Origin: the human T2T-CHM13v2.0 reference genome, Homo sapiens
NCBI RefSeq assembly: GCF_009914755.1
Contig: NC_060929.1
Strand: one strand, 5' to 3'
DNA length: 64,000 nt
Shown: positions 1 to 10,552 of the stretch, in pieces
How positions within the stretch are numbered: the stretch's first letter is position 1
Layout: every line of letters begins with the position of its first letter
The notes under the pieces: model-generated
What the model was told of the DNA's origin: nothing
The model's database searches: none
Seen by the model: only the letters and a program-made list of their open reading frames with translations
Made by a program: the position numbers and the translations under genes

Positions 1-629
1 CAGTAGCCTTTATACTCTAATTGCATTATGAGCTCCCTAAGGTCATTGTGAGCTCCCTAACTGTACTTTAGACATTTTTCTTTTTATTCCTTGCATTTAG
101 CACAATACTGGGCTCAGAGCCGGTGATCGATAAACACCTGTCAAAAGATTGCCTCCAAGGTGTCTTCCAGGACTTACGTGCTGTAATTACTTCCAACAGA
201 CTTCTCCTCAAGGAGATATAGAATGTAAATTTGTACCTAGAGTCGTCTGTTCCTTTTGTAGAATCATGGCCCAAGAATCCCAGGTTTCAAGTTAAGAAGC
301 ACGAAATTGGTTCATTCAGTGATCATTCACTATGACATCAAAACCCTGCAATTCCAGGATAGTAATTAATTTAATTGAAATGAATCTATGGCTAGACACT
401 GTCTCTCCAGCAAAAATGTAGCTGCAAATGCTTCCTGGGGGCAAATTTGAAGAGTAACATGAAGTAGAGTTGACCTAAGAAGAAAATAAAGAAAAAAGCT
501 AAATATCCAGGATAGTTCCATGATTTTAGATGGTGATTTTTGGTATTTAAGTGGATTAGGATATAAGGTAGGGAGGAGTAAAGAAATGAGGGAATATTTG
601 CCACTAATATACCATTGATGATGATAATG

Positions 630-870
630 ATGATAGTTACCATTTTATGAGCAGTTACTACATGAAAGTGCCATGTCACGCAACTTATATCCATTGTTTC
701 ATTTCCTCTTCATAGCTACACTAAGAGGTAAATGCTACTACTGTTTCCATTTTATAAATGAAAAAAAAATGAGGCTCAGAGAAGTTAATTCCTTTCACAA
801 TGTCATATAGTCAATATGTAGTAGAGGCAGAATTTGAACCCAGTTTTGATTATTTTAAAATAGCATATTT
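630..870 (-). mobile_element. MIR SINE
   Basis: MIR core-like 'ccattttataaatgaaaaaaaaatgaggctcagagaagttaa...agaatttgaacccag'; boundaries approximate. Confidence 0.75.
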
Positions 871-1842
871 AGCCAATTCTGTAGCTGAATCCTAAACTTC
901 TCTCTTCTTCTAATGCAAACAATAAATTAAATAGTAATTTAAGTTTTATAACTACTACTACATGTTAAAAAGAAAAACCCCATGTTGGATAAGCAGATTT
1001 ATTTAACAATGTAATAATAATTTCCAGGGCCTTATCAAGGGTTAGCTATGAATTGGAAATTTTAAACAGTGATATTGTGGGTTTTATCTCTTATCTACAA
1101 CTCTGCAAAGAAGATATAATAGACCATTTTACACATGAGAAAACTAAGCTCATGCAACTAAAACAACTTCCCTTATTCCCAGAGGTGACAAATGGCAGAG
1201 GACAGATCTTGAATACAGGCCCTGATTTTTCCTTTGATCTCTGCTGAGGTAGTATTATACCAGGAACATATTCTGCTATATGGAAAATGTGGTTGGAGAT
1301 AAGCTATGGAAAAGACATTATAATTCAGCCTACTTTTTAAGTTCTGAGTCTCAAGAGGGTTGTTTTGTTTGTTTTGCTTTTTCTCTTAATGAAATTATTC
1401 AAAGGCATCTCTCAAATGTTTGGGATTTGAGTAAGAAATGCCAAAACATGCTTCTTCTCTTAAGAATGTTCTTCTCTGTCTGTTAAAATCTCTATGTAAT
1501 TTCAGGCAAAATTTAATTCATCTGTTTCTGATTCACTTCCCAAACTTACCACCATGTTTCGTAGAGGCCATTTAAAGTCTATGACTTTCGGAGTTGCTCT
1601 GAGCTACTTGTCTTTAAAATAGGAAGTTAGATTTTTTCATAAGGGCAGAGGACTTGGCCTCAGAGGAAAGGGGATGTGTTCCAAGTCCCAAGCCACAAAG
1701 TGCATGTGGTTTCCAAACCTGGCTGGTGTCTGCTTCTCCACCCCTCTACTGCAAGCCTCAGCACAGTGACTTCACTCAACAGCCAGAATCAGAATTTATC
1801 TCCCTTTTCTGTTCAAAATTCATTATAATATTTGAATCTAAT

Positions 1843-2668
1843 TTTAAGAGCAATCAGAGACGAAAAAGAAATGAAGGACATCCAAATCAGAAAGGAAGAA
1901 ATAAAATCCTTGTTTAAAGATGACATGATTCTATACGTAGAAAGCTTTAAAGACTCCACACCAAAAAAAAAAAAAAAAAACTGTTAGAACTAATAAATGA
2001 ATTCAGTAAAACAGCAGGATACAAAGATCACTGTACAAAAATTAGTAGCATTTCCTTACATCAACAACTACTTATCCAAAAAAGAAAATCAAGAAAATGA
2101 TCCCATTTACAATAGCATTAAAAAGAATAATTATAAAGCTATGATAATCAAAACTGTATGGTACTGAAATAAAGATAGACACATAGACCAATGAAAGAGA
2201 AATAAACCCAAATATACAAGGTCAACTAATTTTCAACAAGGGCACTAAGAATACACAAAGGGGAAAGGATAGCCTCTTTAATTAATGATGTTGGGAGAAC
2301 TGAATACCAACATACAAAAGAACAAAACTGAAACCTTATCTTACACCTACCAAAAATCAATTCAAAATGGATTAAAGACTTAAAAGTAAGACTTGAAACC
2401 ATAAAATTCCTAGAAGAAAACAAAGGGGAAAACTTCTTGACATTGACCTTTGCCATGATTTTTTGGATATGACACCAAAAGTTCATGAAACAAAAGCAAA
2501 AATAAACAAGTGACACCTGCACGTTGTGCACATGTACCCTAGAACTGAAAGTATAATAATAAAAAAAATTTTAAAAAAATAAACAAGTGAGACTACATCA
2601 AGCATAAAAGCTTCTGAGCAGCAAAGGAAACAATCAACAAAATAAAAAGGCAATCTGTGAACTGGGAT
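1843..2668 (+). mobile_element. Old L1 (L1M-type) ORF2 fragment, degraded, with an internal deletion
   Basis: A-rich L1 ORF2-like text including 'tgtttaaagatgacatgattctatacgtagaaa' (degenerate FADDM region) and 'aaaatcaattcaaaatggattaaagacttaaa'. Confidence 0.85.
2514..2574 (+). mobile_element. Very short 5'-truncated L1PA 3' end nested in the older L1
   Basis: 'cctgcacgttgtgcacatgtaccctagaactgaaagtataataataaaa' flanked by TSD aaaaataaacaagtga at 2498-2513 and 2575-2590. Confidence 0.9.
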
Positions 2669-3593
2669 TACCTAGTTCTTGGTTAATTATTTTTAATGCA
2701 TTGAAATTTATTGCACAAATAAAAGAACTGCTTTTTTAAAAGATGAAAAATAGGAACTATGTTTAAAATAAAAAATATTTTTACTCTTTTCCAAGTTTCC
2801 TTCCAATTCTTGTTTACATATACTCACGAATTTTTACACAGCTGCAATGAAAGTGAATACATGATTTGGTAGCATACAAATGTTATTTAATCATAAGTAT
2901 GTTTCTTCGTTGCTATTTGGTCTAAATTGTTTTTAGTGACTGCATAATATGCTATAAAGTTGATGTCCCATAGCATAAATTCAGGAGTTTTAGATTCTTT
3001 CAAACAGTTTGAGATATGTATAAAGAGTTAATACATTCAGAGTTCCATTTCTGGTATGGTAAATTAAACTGCTAACAGACTGACCCTTCTGTAAACAACT
3101 ATAAACTCTGGAGAACATGTGAGGGGAGAAAAACCATCAGAAGGCCACAGAAAATGAACAAAAGCAGACATATTTTGGAGGAAAATTAAAAGTTGAAGGA
3201 AGGGACCAGTACAGAGTGAGTTTCTAGTTTTTGTAGTTTTAGCCTTAGGTGAGACCACAATAGTAGTACAACATGAAGCAGCTAAAACTCCAAAGAAAAT
3301 CCACCATTTTTCTAGCCAGAAGAACCAGAATACAAGAGACTGGGCAAGTATAGCCACTGGCCAGTAAGAAAAAAATCCCAGAAAAGAGAGGTCCAGAAAA
3401 GGGTGCTCACAATTCTATTTAAAACCCTGCCCAAGTCTCTGGGTGTACCCTATGGCAGCTAAAACCAAACAAGATTTAAGCTGCCAGCCATCACAGGCAA
3501 GAGTTTACACTTTGAGTCAAACCAAGTTAATTGTCAGCTAAAACAAAAACATCAACCCTCCTGCAAGAAATATAATAGAATTCGGTCTTTATA

Positions 3594-4069
3594 CATGTAC
3601 ATGTATGTTTATTGTGGGACTGTTCACAATAGCAAAGACTTGGAACCAACCAAAATGCCCATCAATGATAGACTGGATAAATAAAATGTGTCACATATAC
3701 ACCAAGGAATACTATGCAGCCATAAAAAAGGATGGGTTCATGTCCTTTGCAAGGACATGGATGAAGCTGGAAACCATCATTCTCAGCAAACTAAGACAGG
3801 AACAGAAAACCAAACATCACATGTCCTCACTCATAAGTGGAAGTTGAACAATGAGAACACAGGGACACAGGGAGGGGAACGTCACACACCGGGGCCTGTC
3901 TGGGAATGAGGGGCTAGGGGAGAGATAGCATCATCTACATTAGGAGAAATACCTAATGTAGGTGATGGGTTGATGGGTGCAGCAAACCACCATGGCACAG
4001 GTATACCTATGTAACAAACCTGCATGTTCTGCACATGTACCCCAAAACTTAAAGTATAATTAAAAAAGA
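3594..4069 (+). mobile_element. L1PA 3' end (ORF2 C-terminus and 3' UTR), 5'-truncated
   Basis: ORF 3605-3847 '[20 protein letters not shown]' matches the L1 ORF2 C-terminus; TSD agaattc(g/a)gt(c/a)tttata at 3577-3593 and 4070-4086. Confidence 0.95.
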
Positions 4070-4646
4070 AGAATTCAGTATTTATAATGTTTCATTTGCA
4101 ATATCTAGTATACGATTCAAAATTACTCAACAAATGAAGAACCAAAAAAAATGTGAATCATTCTCTAGGGATGACCAAGCTCTAAAATGAGCCAGATGTT
4201 GGAATTTTCAGTCAAGGACTTCAATGCTGTATAACCTTGCTAAATGAGATAAGAGAAAAAATACTCACAATAAAGTAAAGGTAGGAAATCGAAATAGATA
4301 AATGAAAAATATTTTTAATATTTTTAAATTAAAATATTAAAAATGAATATTTCTAATGATAATGAAATACTTTGGAAGTCAGATAAATGAAAGATAAATG
4401 AAAGTGAGGAAAAATGGGAATGAAAATTATATCTGATTTTTTAAATAAAAAGTATTGGATGAGTTTAATAGTAGAATGGAAATGACAGGAAAGCATCAGT
4501 AAACTAAAGACAGAGCAATGAAGACTATGTAATCTGAAAAAGAAAAAAAAAGATTTTTAAAAATGAACAACACATCACCTCAGAGAACTGTATAAGCAGT
4601 TTCTTTAAAACACGGATAAGTAGTTTCTTAGAAAAAGAAGGAAAAT

Positions 4647-4985
4647 GCCAGGCGTGGTGGCTCACACCTGTAATCCCAGCACTCTGGGAGGCCGAGACTG
4701 GCAGATCATAAGGTCAGGAGATCGAGACCACCCTGGTAACACGGTGAAACCCCATCTCTACTAAAAAAAAAAATACAAAAAATTAGCCAGACGTGGTGGC
4801 GGGCACCTGTAGTCCCAGCTACTCAGGAGGCTGAGGCAGGAGAATGGCGTGAACCCAGGAGGCGGGGCTTGCAGTGAGCCGAGATTGCGCCACTGCACTC
4901 CAGCCTGGGTGATAGAGCGAGACTCTGTCTCAAAAAAAAAAAAAGAAAGAAAGAAAGAAAAAGAGAAAGATAAAGAAAGAAAAAA
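4647..4985 (+). mobile_element. Alu (AluY-like) with A/AAAG tail
   Basis: Dimeric Alu with Y-type diagnostics 'ggagatcgagacca' and 'agaatggcgtgaaccc'. Confidence 0.95.
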
Positions 4986-5964
4986 TAATAGAATAGAAAA
5001 AAATATGTAGAGAAATAATGACAGAAAACTATCCAAGTTTGGTTGAGACAAATAAATGTACAGATTCAAAATACTCATCAGAACCCAAATAGAAGAAAAA
5101 AAATATGTCTAACACGTTGTAGTTAAATTGCTGTAAAACAAACCTAAAGAGAAAATCTTGAAAGAAGACAGAAAAGCAACACATTACATATAGGGGACTA
5201 ATGACTGAAATGACCACAAAATTCTTATCAGAAATCAGGGTGGTCAGAAGATAACGGAGCAACATCTTTACAGTGCTGCAAGCAAAACTCTATCAATCTA
5301 TCATGCTGTATTCTGGGGCATAATTCTGTATCCAACCACTTCAAAAAGGATGCTGAAATAACATTTTCAGACAAAAGAAAACGAAGACAACTTTTTGGTA
5401 GCACACTTGTACTACAAGAAATTATAAAGGAAGTTTGTCAAACCTAATGAAAATGATGCAGTGTGAAACCAAATAACCAGAAAGAGCATCAGAAATGGTA
5501 AATATCTGGATAAATATAAAAGCTATTTTTATTCTTCATTTCCTTAAAATACATAAGACAGTTTTAAGGAAAAATTACAGTATTAACTTGCTGGGTTTAT
5601 ACTGTAAGTAGATAGACTACATATAAGAATTATAGCATGAAGAATGCAGAGTAGGAGGGCAGAACTAAATGGAACTATATTCCTGCAAATGTTATATAGT
5701 TTATGTGATGTGGCACAATATTAGCTCTAATTAAACTATAAGAATTTTTTAAAAAAGTTATCGTGTTGTCCCCTACAGTAACTACTAAAAATATAATACA
5801 AAGAGTCATAGCCAAAAAGCCAATAGAGAAATTAAATGAAAATTCTCAAATATATTCAAAAATCCAGAAGAAGACAAAAACACAGGGGAAAACTGAAATT
5901 AGATATTGAAATGATAGACATAAATCCAACCATGTCAATGATCATATTAAAAGGTAATGGACTA

Positions 5965-6086
5965 GTAACTTAAGATGTTAATAATAGGGGAAGCTGGATG
6001 TGGGATGTATGGCAACTCTCCAAAGTACCTTTGCAATTTTTCTGCAAATCTAAAATGGTTATAAAATATGCAGTCTAGTTTTAAAG
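5965..6086 (+). mobile_element. Short L1MB/L1MC-type 3' end nested in L1M
   Basis: 'gatgttaataataggggaagctgg...tttgcaatttttctgcaaatctaaaa' with TSD aggtaatggacta at 5952-5964 and 6087-6099. Confidence 0.8.
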
Positions 6087-6520
6087 AGGTAATGGACTAA
6101 ACACACCAACTAAAAGCCAGAAATTAACAGGATGGATATAAAAGCAAGACTAGACTATATGCTGTCTGTAGGAGACATACTTTAGACATATAGACACGTA
6201 AAGATTGAAAACAAAGATGTCCCATACATATCCATGGTGTGAATGAGTATACCATGCACACAATAAACATAAGACTAGAGTGGCTATATTAAATTAAAAT
6301 TAAACATATTTGGGGACCAGAAAAAGTAATATCAGAGATAAACAGAGACATTTCAAAATAACAAAGGGTCAATTCATCAAGAAGATGTGGTAATTATAAA
6401 TATGTAAATGCTAATAAAAAGCATCAAACAACATAAAACAAAAGTTGACAGAATCAAAAGAATAAATCGATAAATCACAAGAAATTGTAACTCCACTTTC
6501 TCACTAATTGATAAAATGAA

Positions 6521-6900
6521 TTGGGTGGTATAATGGAGATCCCAAATAACAGCAGCTTAAACAAACAAGCAAAAAAAGCTGTTTACATCTCTCTTTCTAT
6601 CCTGCTGATCCACTGTCCCCAGGAGATTGCCCTTATCCCCATGGCCATGCTGGCTGGTCACCACATCCTCACTCTGTCCCGTAAGAAGAGGAAATGTGGA
6701 AAGGGCATGTCCTGTCCCTTTAAGATCATGACCAGAAGTTGCACACATGTTTCTGCTCACATATCGTTGGTCAGAATTTAGTCACATAGCCACCCCTAGC
6801 TGCATAAAGGAATGGAAAACATGGTCTTTATTTTCTGTGGCTAAATGCCCTGCTATAAATCAGGGGTCCTGTTACTATAGAAGGATGAAAGAAGAAATAA
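6521..6900 (-). mobile_element. Old MaLR LTR (MLT1J/K-like)
   Basis: 'gttggtcagaatttagtcacatagccacccctagctgc' is typical of old MLT1 in reverse orientation. Confidence 0.65.
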
Positions 6901-6923
6901 TCAGGCTGTGATTAGAAGTCTTA

Positions 6924-7359
6924 CTTGGAACCAACCCAAATGTCCGTCAATGATAGACTGGATTAAGAAAATGTGGCACATATACACCATGGAATACTAT
7001 GCAGCCATAAAAAAGGATGAGTTCATGTCCTTTGTAGAGACATGGATGAACCTGGAAACCATCACTCTCAGCAAACTATCTCAAGGACAGAAAACCAAGC
7101 GCTGCATGTTCTCACTCATGGGTGGGAATTGAAAAATAAGAACACCTGGACACAGGAAGGGGAACATCACACACCGGGGCCTGTCATGGGGTGGCGGGAG
7201 TGTGGAGGGATAGCATTAGGAGATATACCTAATGTAAATGACCAGTTAATGGGTGTAGCACACCAACATGGCACATGTATACATATGTAACAAACTTGCA
7301 CGTTGTGCACATGTACCCAAGAACTTAAAGTATAATAAAAAAAAAAGAAAAAAAAAAAA
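6924..7359 (+). mobile_element. L1PA 3' end with poly(A), 5'-truncated
   Basis: '[28 protein letters not shown]' plus L1 3' UTR and A-tail; TSD aagtctta at 6916-6923 and 7358-7365. Confidence 0.95.
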
Positions 7360-7373
7360 GTCTTAGACTTTTC

Positions 7374-7521
7374 TGTCCCCAGTGTGTGATGTTCCCCTTC
7401 CTGTGCCCAAGTGTTCTCATTCCCACCTATGAGAGAGAATATGTGGTGTTTGGTTTTCTGTCCTTGCAATAGTTTGCTGAGAACGACGGTTTCCAGCTTC
7501 ATCCATGTCCCTACAAAGGAC
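7374..7521 (-). mobile_element. Antisense L1PA internal fragment with no poly(A) tail
   Basis: Reverse complement reads 'gtcctttgtagggacatggatgaagctggaaacc...catcacacactggggac' (end of ORF2 and start of 3' UTR). Confidence 0.9.
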
Positions 7522-7747
7522 GTTTTCATAATGTCTTTACTTGTAGAAGAAAGGAGTTCTTTGAACTAGCAAAACAATAGGTTTGCTATTGTTTTGGTGT
7601 TTTTTTTTTTTTTTGCTACAATCATGTCATGTGATTGTAGATCTTAAAGTCAGAGAAATCTTAGGGGATCGCTTGGTGCAGCTTCCACATTCAGTGTGAA
7701 AAGTATAATCACATTTTACAGCCTGTCTGGAAGCTCTTGGGGGAGGT

Positions 7748-8108
7748 GCTACAGTCAGAATGTTTGTGTTCCCCCACAACTTCATATGTTGAAGCTTAAT
7801 CCCTAAGGCAACGGTATTAGGAGGTGGGGTAATTTTGGAGGTGATTATATCATGAGGGTTCTGCCCTTGTGAATGGAATTAGTGCCCTTATAAAATATGG
7901 CCACAGAAGTTCATTTGTCCCTTCCACCATGTGAGCACACAGGGAGAAGGTGCTGTCTATGAGGACCAGGTCTTTACTAGACACTGAATTAGCTGACACT
8001 TTGATCCTGGAATTTCCAGCCACCAGGACTGTGAGAAATAAATGTTTTCTGCCTATAAGCCACCAGTTGGTGGTATTTTTGTTATAGCAGCTTGAAAGTA
8101 CCAAGATA
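7748..8108 (+). mobile_element. MLT1A0-like 5' LTR (ERVL-MaLR)
   Basis: 'tgctacagtcagaatgtttgtgttccccc...gtattttgttatagcagc' matches the MLT1A0 pattern and is followed directly by MaLR internal sequence. Confidence 0.85.
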
Positions 8109-8279
8109 GAATATTGGTACTGAGAAATGGAAATGCTGCTATACAAATACCTAAAAATATAGACATGGCTTTGAAACTGGGTAATGGGTTGAGGTTGGAA
8201 GAGTTTTGAGGCACATACTATAAGAGGCCTACATTACTACATTACTAGGAGCAGACCTTAAGGGCAATTCTGGTGAGAG

Positions 8280-8892
8280 TGTCAGAGGCATTTGAACCAG
8301 AGAGACTCCATCTTGAATAGGGGCTGGGTAAAATTAGGCTGAAACCTAGTGGGCTGCATTCCCAAGAGGTTAAGGCATTCTTAGTCACAGGATGAGACAG
8401 GAGATCAGCACAAGATACAGGTCATAAAGACCTTGCTGATAAAACAGACTGTGGTAAAGAAGCCAGCCAAAACCCACCAAATCCAAGAAGGCGACGAGAG
8501 TGACCTTTGGTCTTCCTCACTGCTGATTATAGGCTAATTATAGTGCATTAGCATGCTGAAAGACACTCCCACAAGCACCATGACAGTTTACAGATGCCAT
8601 GGCAATGTCAGGAAGTTACCCTATATGATCTAAAAAGGGGAGCAACCCTTGGTTCGGGGAATTGCCCACCCCTTTCCCAAAATCCTAATGAATAATCCAC
8701 CTCTTGTTTAGCATATAATCAAGAAGTAACAATGAATATTCTTAGTCGACCAGCCCATGCTGCTGTTCTGCCTATGGAGTAGCCATTCTTTATTGCTTTC
8801 ACTTTATTCTATGGATTCATCTCTAATTCTTTCTTGTATGAGATCCAAGAACCCTCTCTTGGGATCTGGATCAGGACCCCTTTCTGGTAACA
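8280..8892 (+). mobile_element. MER41 (MER41B-like) solo LTR, ERV1
   Basis: Begins 'tgtcagaggcatttgaaccagag', ends 'ggacccctttctggtaaca'; 4-bp TSD agag at 8276-8279 and 8893-8896. Confidence 0.9.
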
Positions 8893-8920
8893 AGAGCAAA
8901 GAAAGAAAAGAGGAGAGTTA

Positions 8921-9715
8921 TCATCATCACTGGTCATCAGAGAAATGCAAATCAAAACCACAAGGAGATACCATCTCACACCAGTTAGAATGGCAATCAT
9001 TAAAATGTCAGGAAACAACAGATGCTGGAGAGGATGTGGAGAAATAGGAAGGCTTTTACACTGTTGGTGGGAGTGTAAACTAGTTCAACCATTGTGGAAG
9101 ACAATATGGCGATTCCTCAAGGATCTAGAACTAGAAATACCATTTGACCCAGCCATCCCATTACTGGGTATATGCCCAAAGAATTATAAATCATGCTACT
9201 ATAAAGACACATGCGCACGTATGTTTATTGAGGTACTATTCACAATAGCAAAGACTTGGAACCAACCCAAATGTCCATCAATGATGTAGACTGTATTAAG
9301 AAAATGTGGCACATATATACCATGGAATACTATGCAGCCATAAAAAGGATGAGTTCATGTCCTTTTCAGGGACATGAATGAAGCTGGAAACCATCATTCT
9401 GAGCAAACTATCACAAGGACAGAAAATCAAACACCACATGTTCTCACTCATAGGTAGAAATTGAACAATGAGAACACTTGGACACAGGGTGGGGAATATC
9501 ACATATGGGGGCCTGTCGTGAGGTGGGAGCAGGGGGAGGGATAGCATTAGGAGAAACACCTAATGTAAATGATGAGTTAATGGGTGCAGCAAACCACCAT
9601 GGCACATGTATACCTATGTATCAAATCTGCACATTGTGCACATGTACCCTAGAACTTAAAGTATAATAATAAAAATAAATAAATAAAATAAAAATAAAAA
9701 AAGAAACAAACAAAA
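8921..9715 (+). mobile_element. L1PA 3' end (ORF2 C-terminus, 3' UTR, A-rich tail)
   Basis: ORF 8945-9289 '[20 protein letters not shown]...CWRGCGE...[14 protein letters not shown]' is the ORF2 Cys-rich domain; frameshifted downstream. Confidence 0.95.
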
Positions 9716-10552
9716 ATGAAGTGAGACCTAAAGATATGATTGAATTGCTGCAATCTCATGGTCAAACTTGAGTGAATGAAGAGTTCCTTCTTATGGATGA
9801 GCAAAGAAAGTCGTTTCTTGAGACAGAATGTACTCCTGGTAAAGATGCTTTAAACCAAGTTTGTCCAACCCAAGGCCCATGGCCCAGGGGCCACATGTGG
9901 ACCAAGATGGCTTTGAATGTGGCCCAACTCAAATTTGTAAACTTTCTTAAAACACTATGAGATTTTTTTGCAATTTTTTTTTTTTTTAGCTCATCAGCTA
10001 TCATTAGTGTTAATGTATTCTATGTGTAGCCGAAGACAATTCTTCTTCCGATGTGGCCCAGGGAAGCCAAAAGGTTGTACACTCCTGCTTTAAACATTGT
10101 TGAAATGGCAACAAAGAATTTAGAATGTTTCATAAACTTTGTTGATAAAGCAGTGGCAGGATTTCAGAGGTTTGACTTCAGATTTTGAAAGAAGTTCTAG
10201 TGTGAGTAAAGTGCTATCAAACAGCATTGTATGATACAGAGAAATCTTGCATGGAAGGAAGAGTCAGTTGATGCAGCAAATTTCATTGTTGTCTTATTTT
10301 TGAAAATGGTCACAGCCACTCCAAGCTTCAGTGACCACCACCCCTTATCAGTCAACAGTCTTCAACATCGAGGCAAGACCCTCCACCAGCAAAAAGATTA
10401 CGACTTACTGAAGGCTCAGATGATAGTTAGCATTTTTTAGTAATGAAGTATTTTTTAAGTAAGGTATGTACATTGTTTTTTAGACATAATACTGTTGCAC
10501 AGTTAATAAACTACAGTATAGTGTAAACATAACTTATATGCACTGAGAAACC
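9716..10552 (+). mobile_element. Tigger1 internal/3' fragment lacking both terminal inverted repeats
   Basis: 'tgaattgctgcaatctcatg...cttatggatgagcaaagaaag' and 'catcgaggcaagaccctccaccagcaaaaagattacgactt' match Tigger1. Confidence 0.9.
9856..10087 (-). mobile_element. MER30 (hAT-Charlie MITE) nested in Tigger1
   Basis: MER30-like body; perfect 8-bp TSD ctttaaac at 9848-9855 and 10088-10095. Confidence 0.88.

Larger units (their letters stand above)
3040..6520 (+). mobile_element. Old L1M 5' region (5' UTR, ORF1, start of ORF2 endonuclease), interrupted by younger insertions
   Basis: 'gagccagatgttggaattttcagtcaaggacttc' (ORF1-like) and 'ctatatgctgtctgtaggagacatactttag' (endonuclease C-L-x-E-T-like); strongly A-rich plus strand. 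Confidence 0.75.

Noticed and set aside
24-60. 20-bp period duplication (catt.tgagctccctaa), and similar micro-duplications at about 4381, 39865 and 53381
   Set aside because: These are common slippage events with no further structure.
6924-7521. Twin-priming L1 inversion
   Set aside because: The inverted piece lies 3' of the tail, outside the TSD, overlaps the same L1 coordinates and is diverged from the sense copy.
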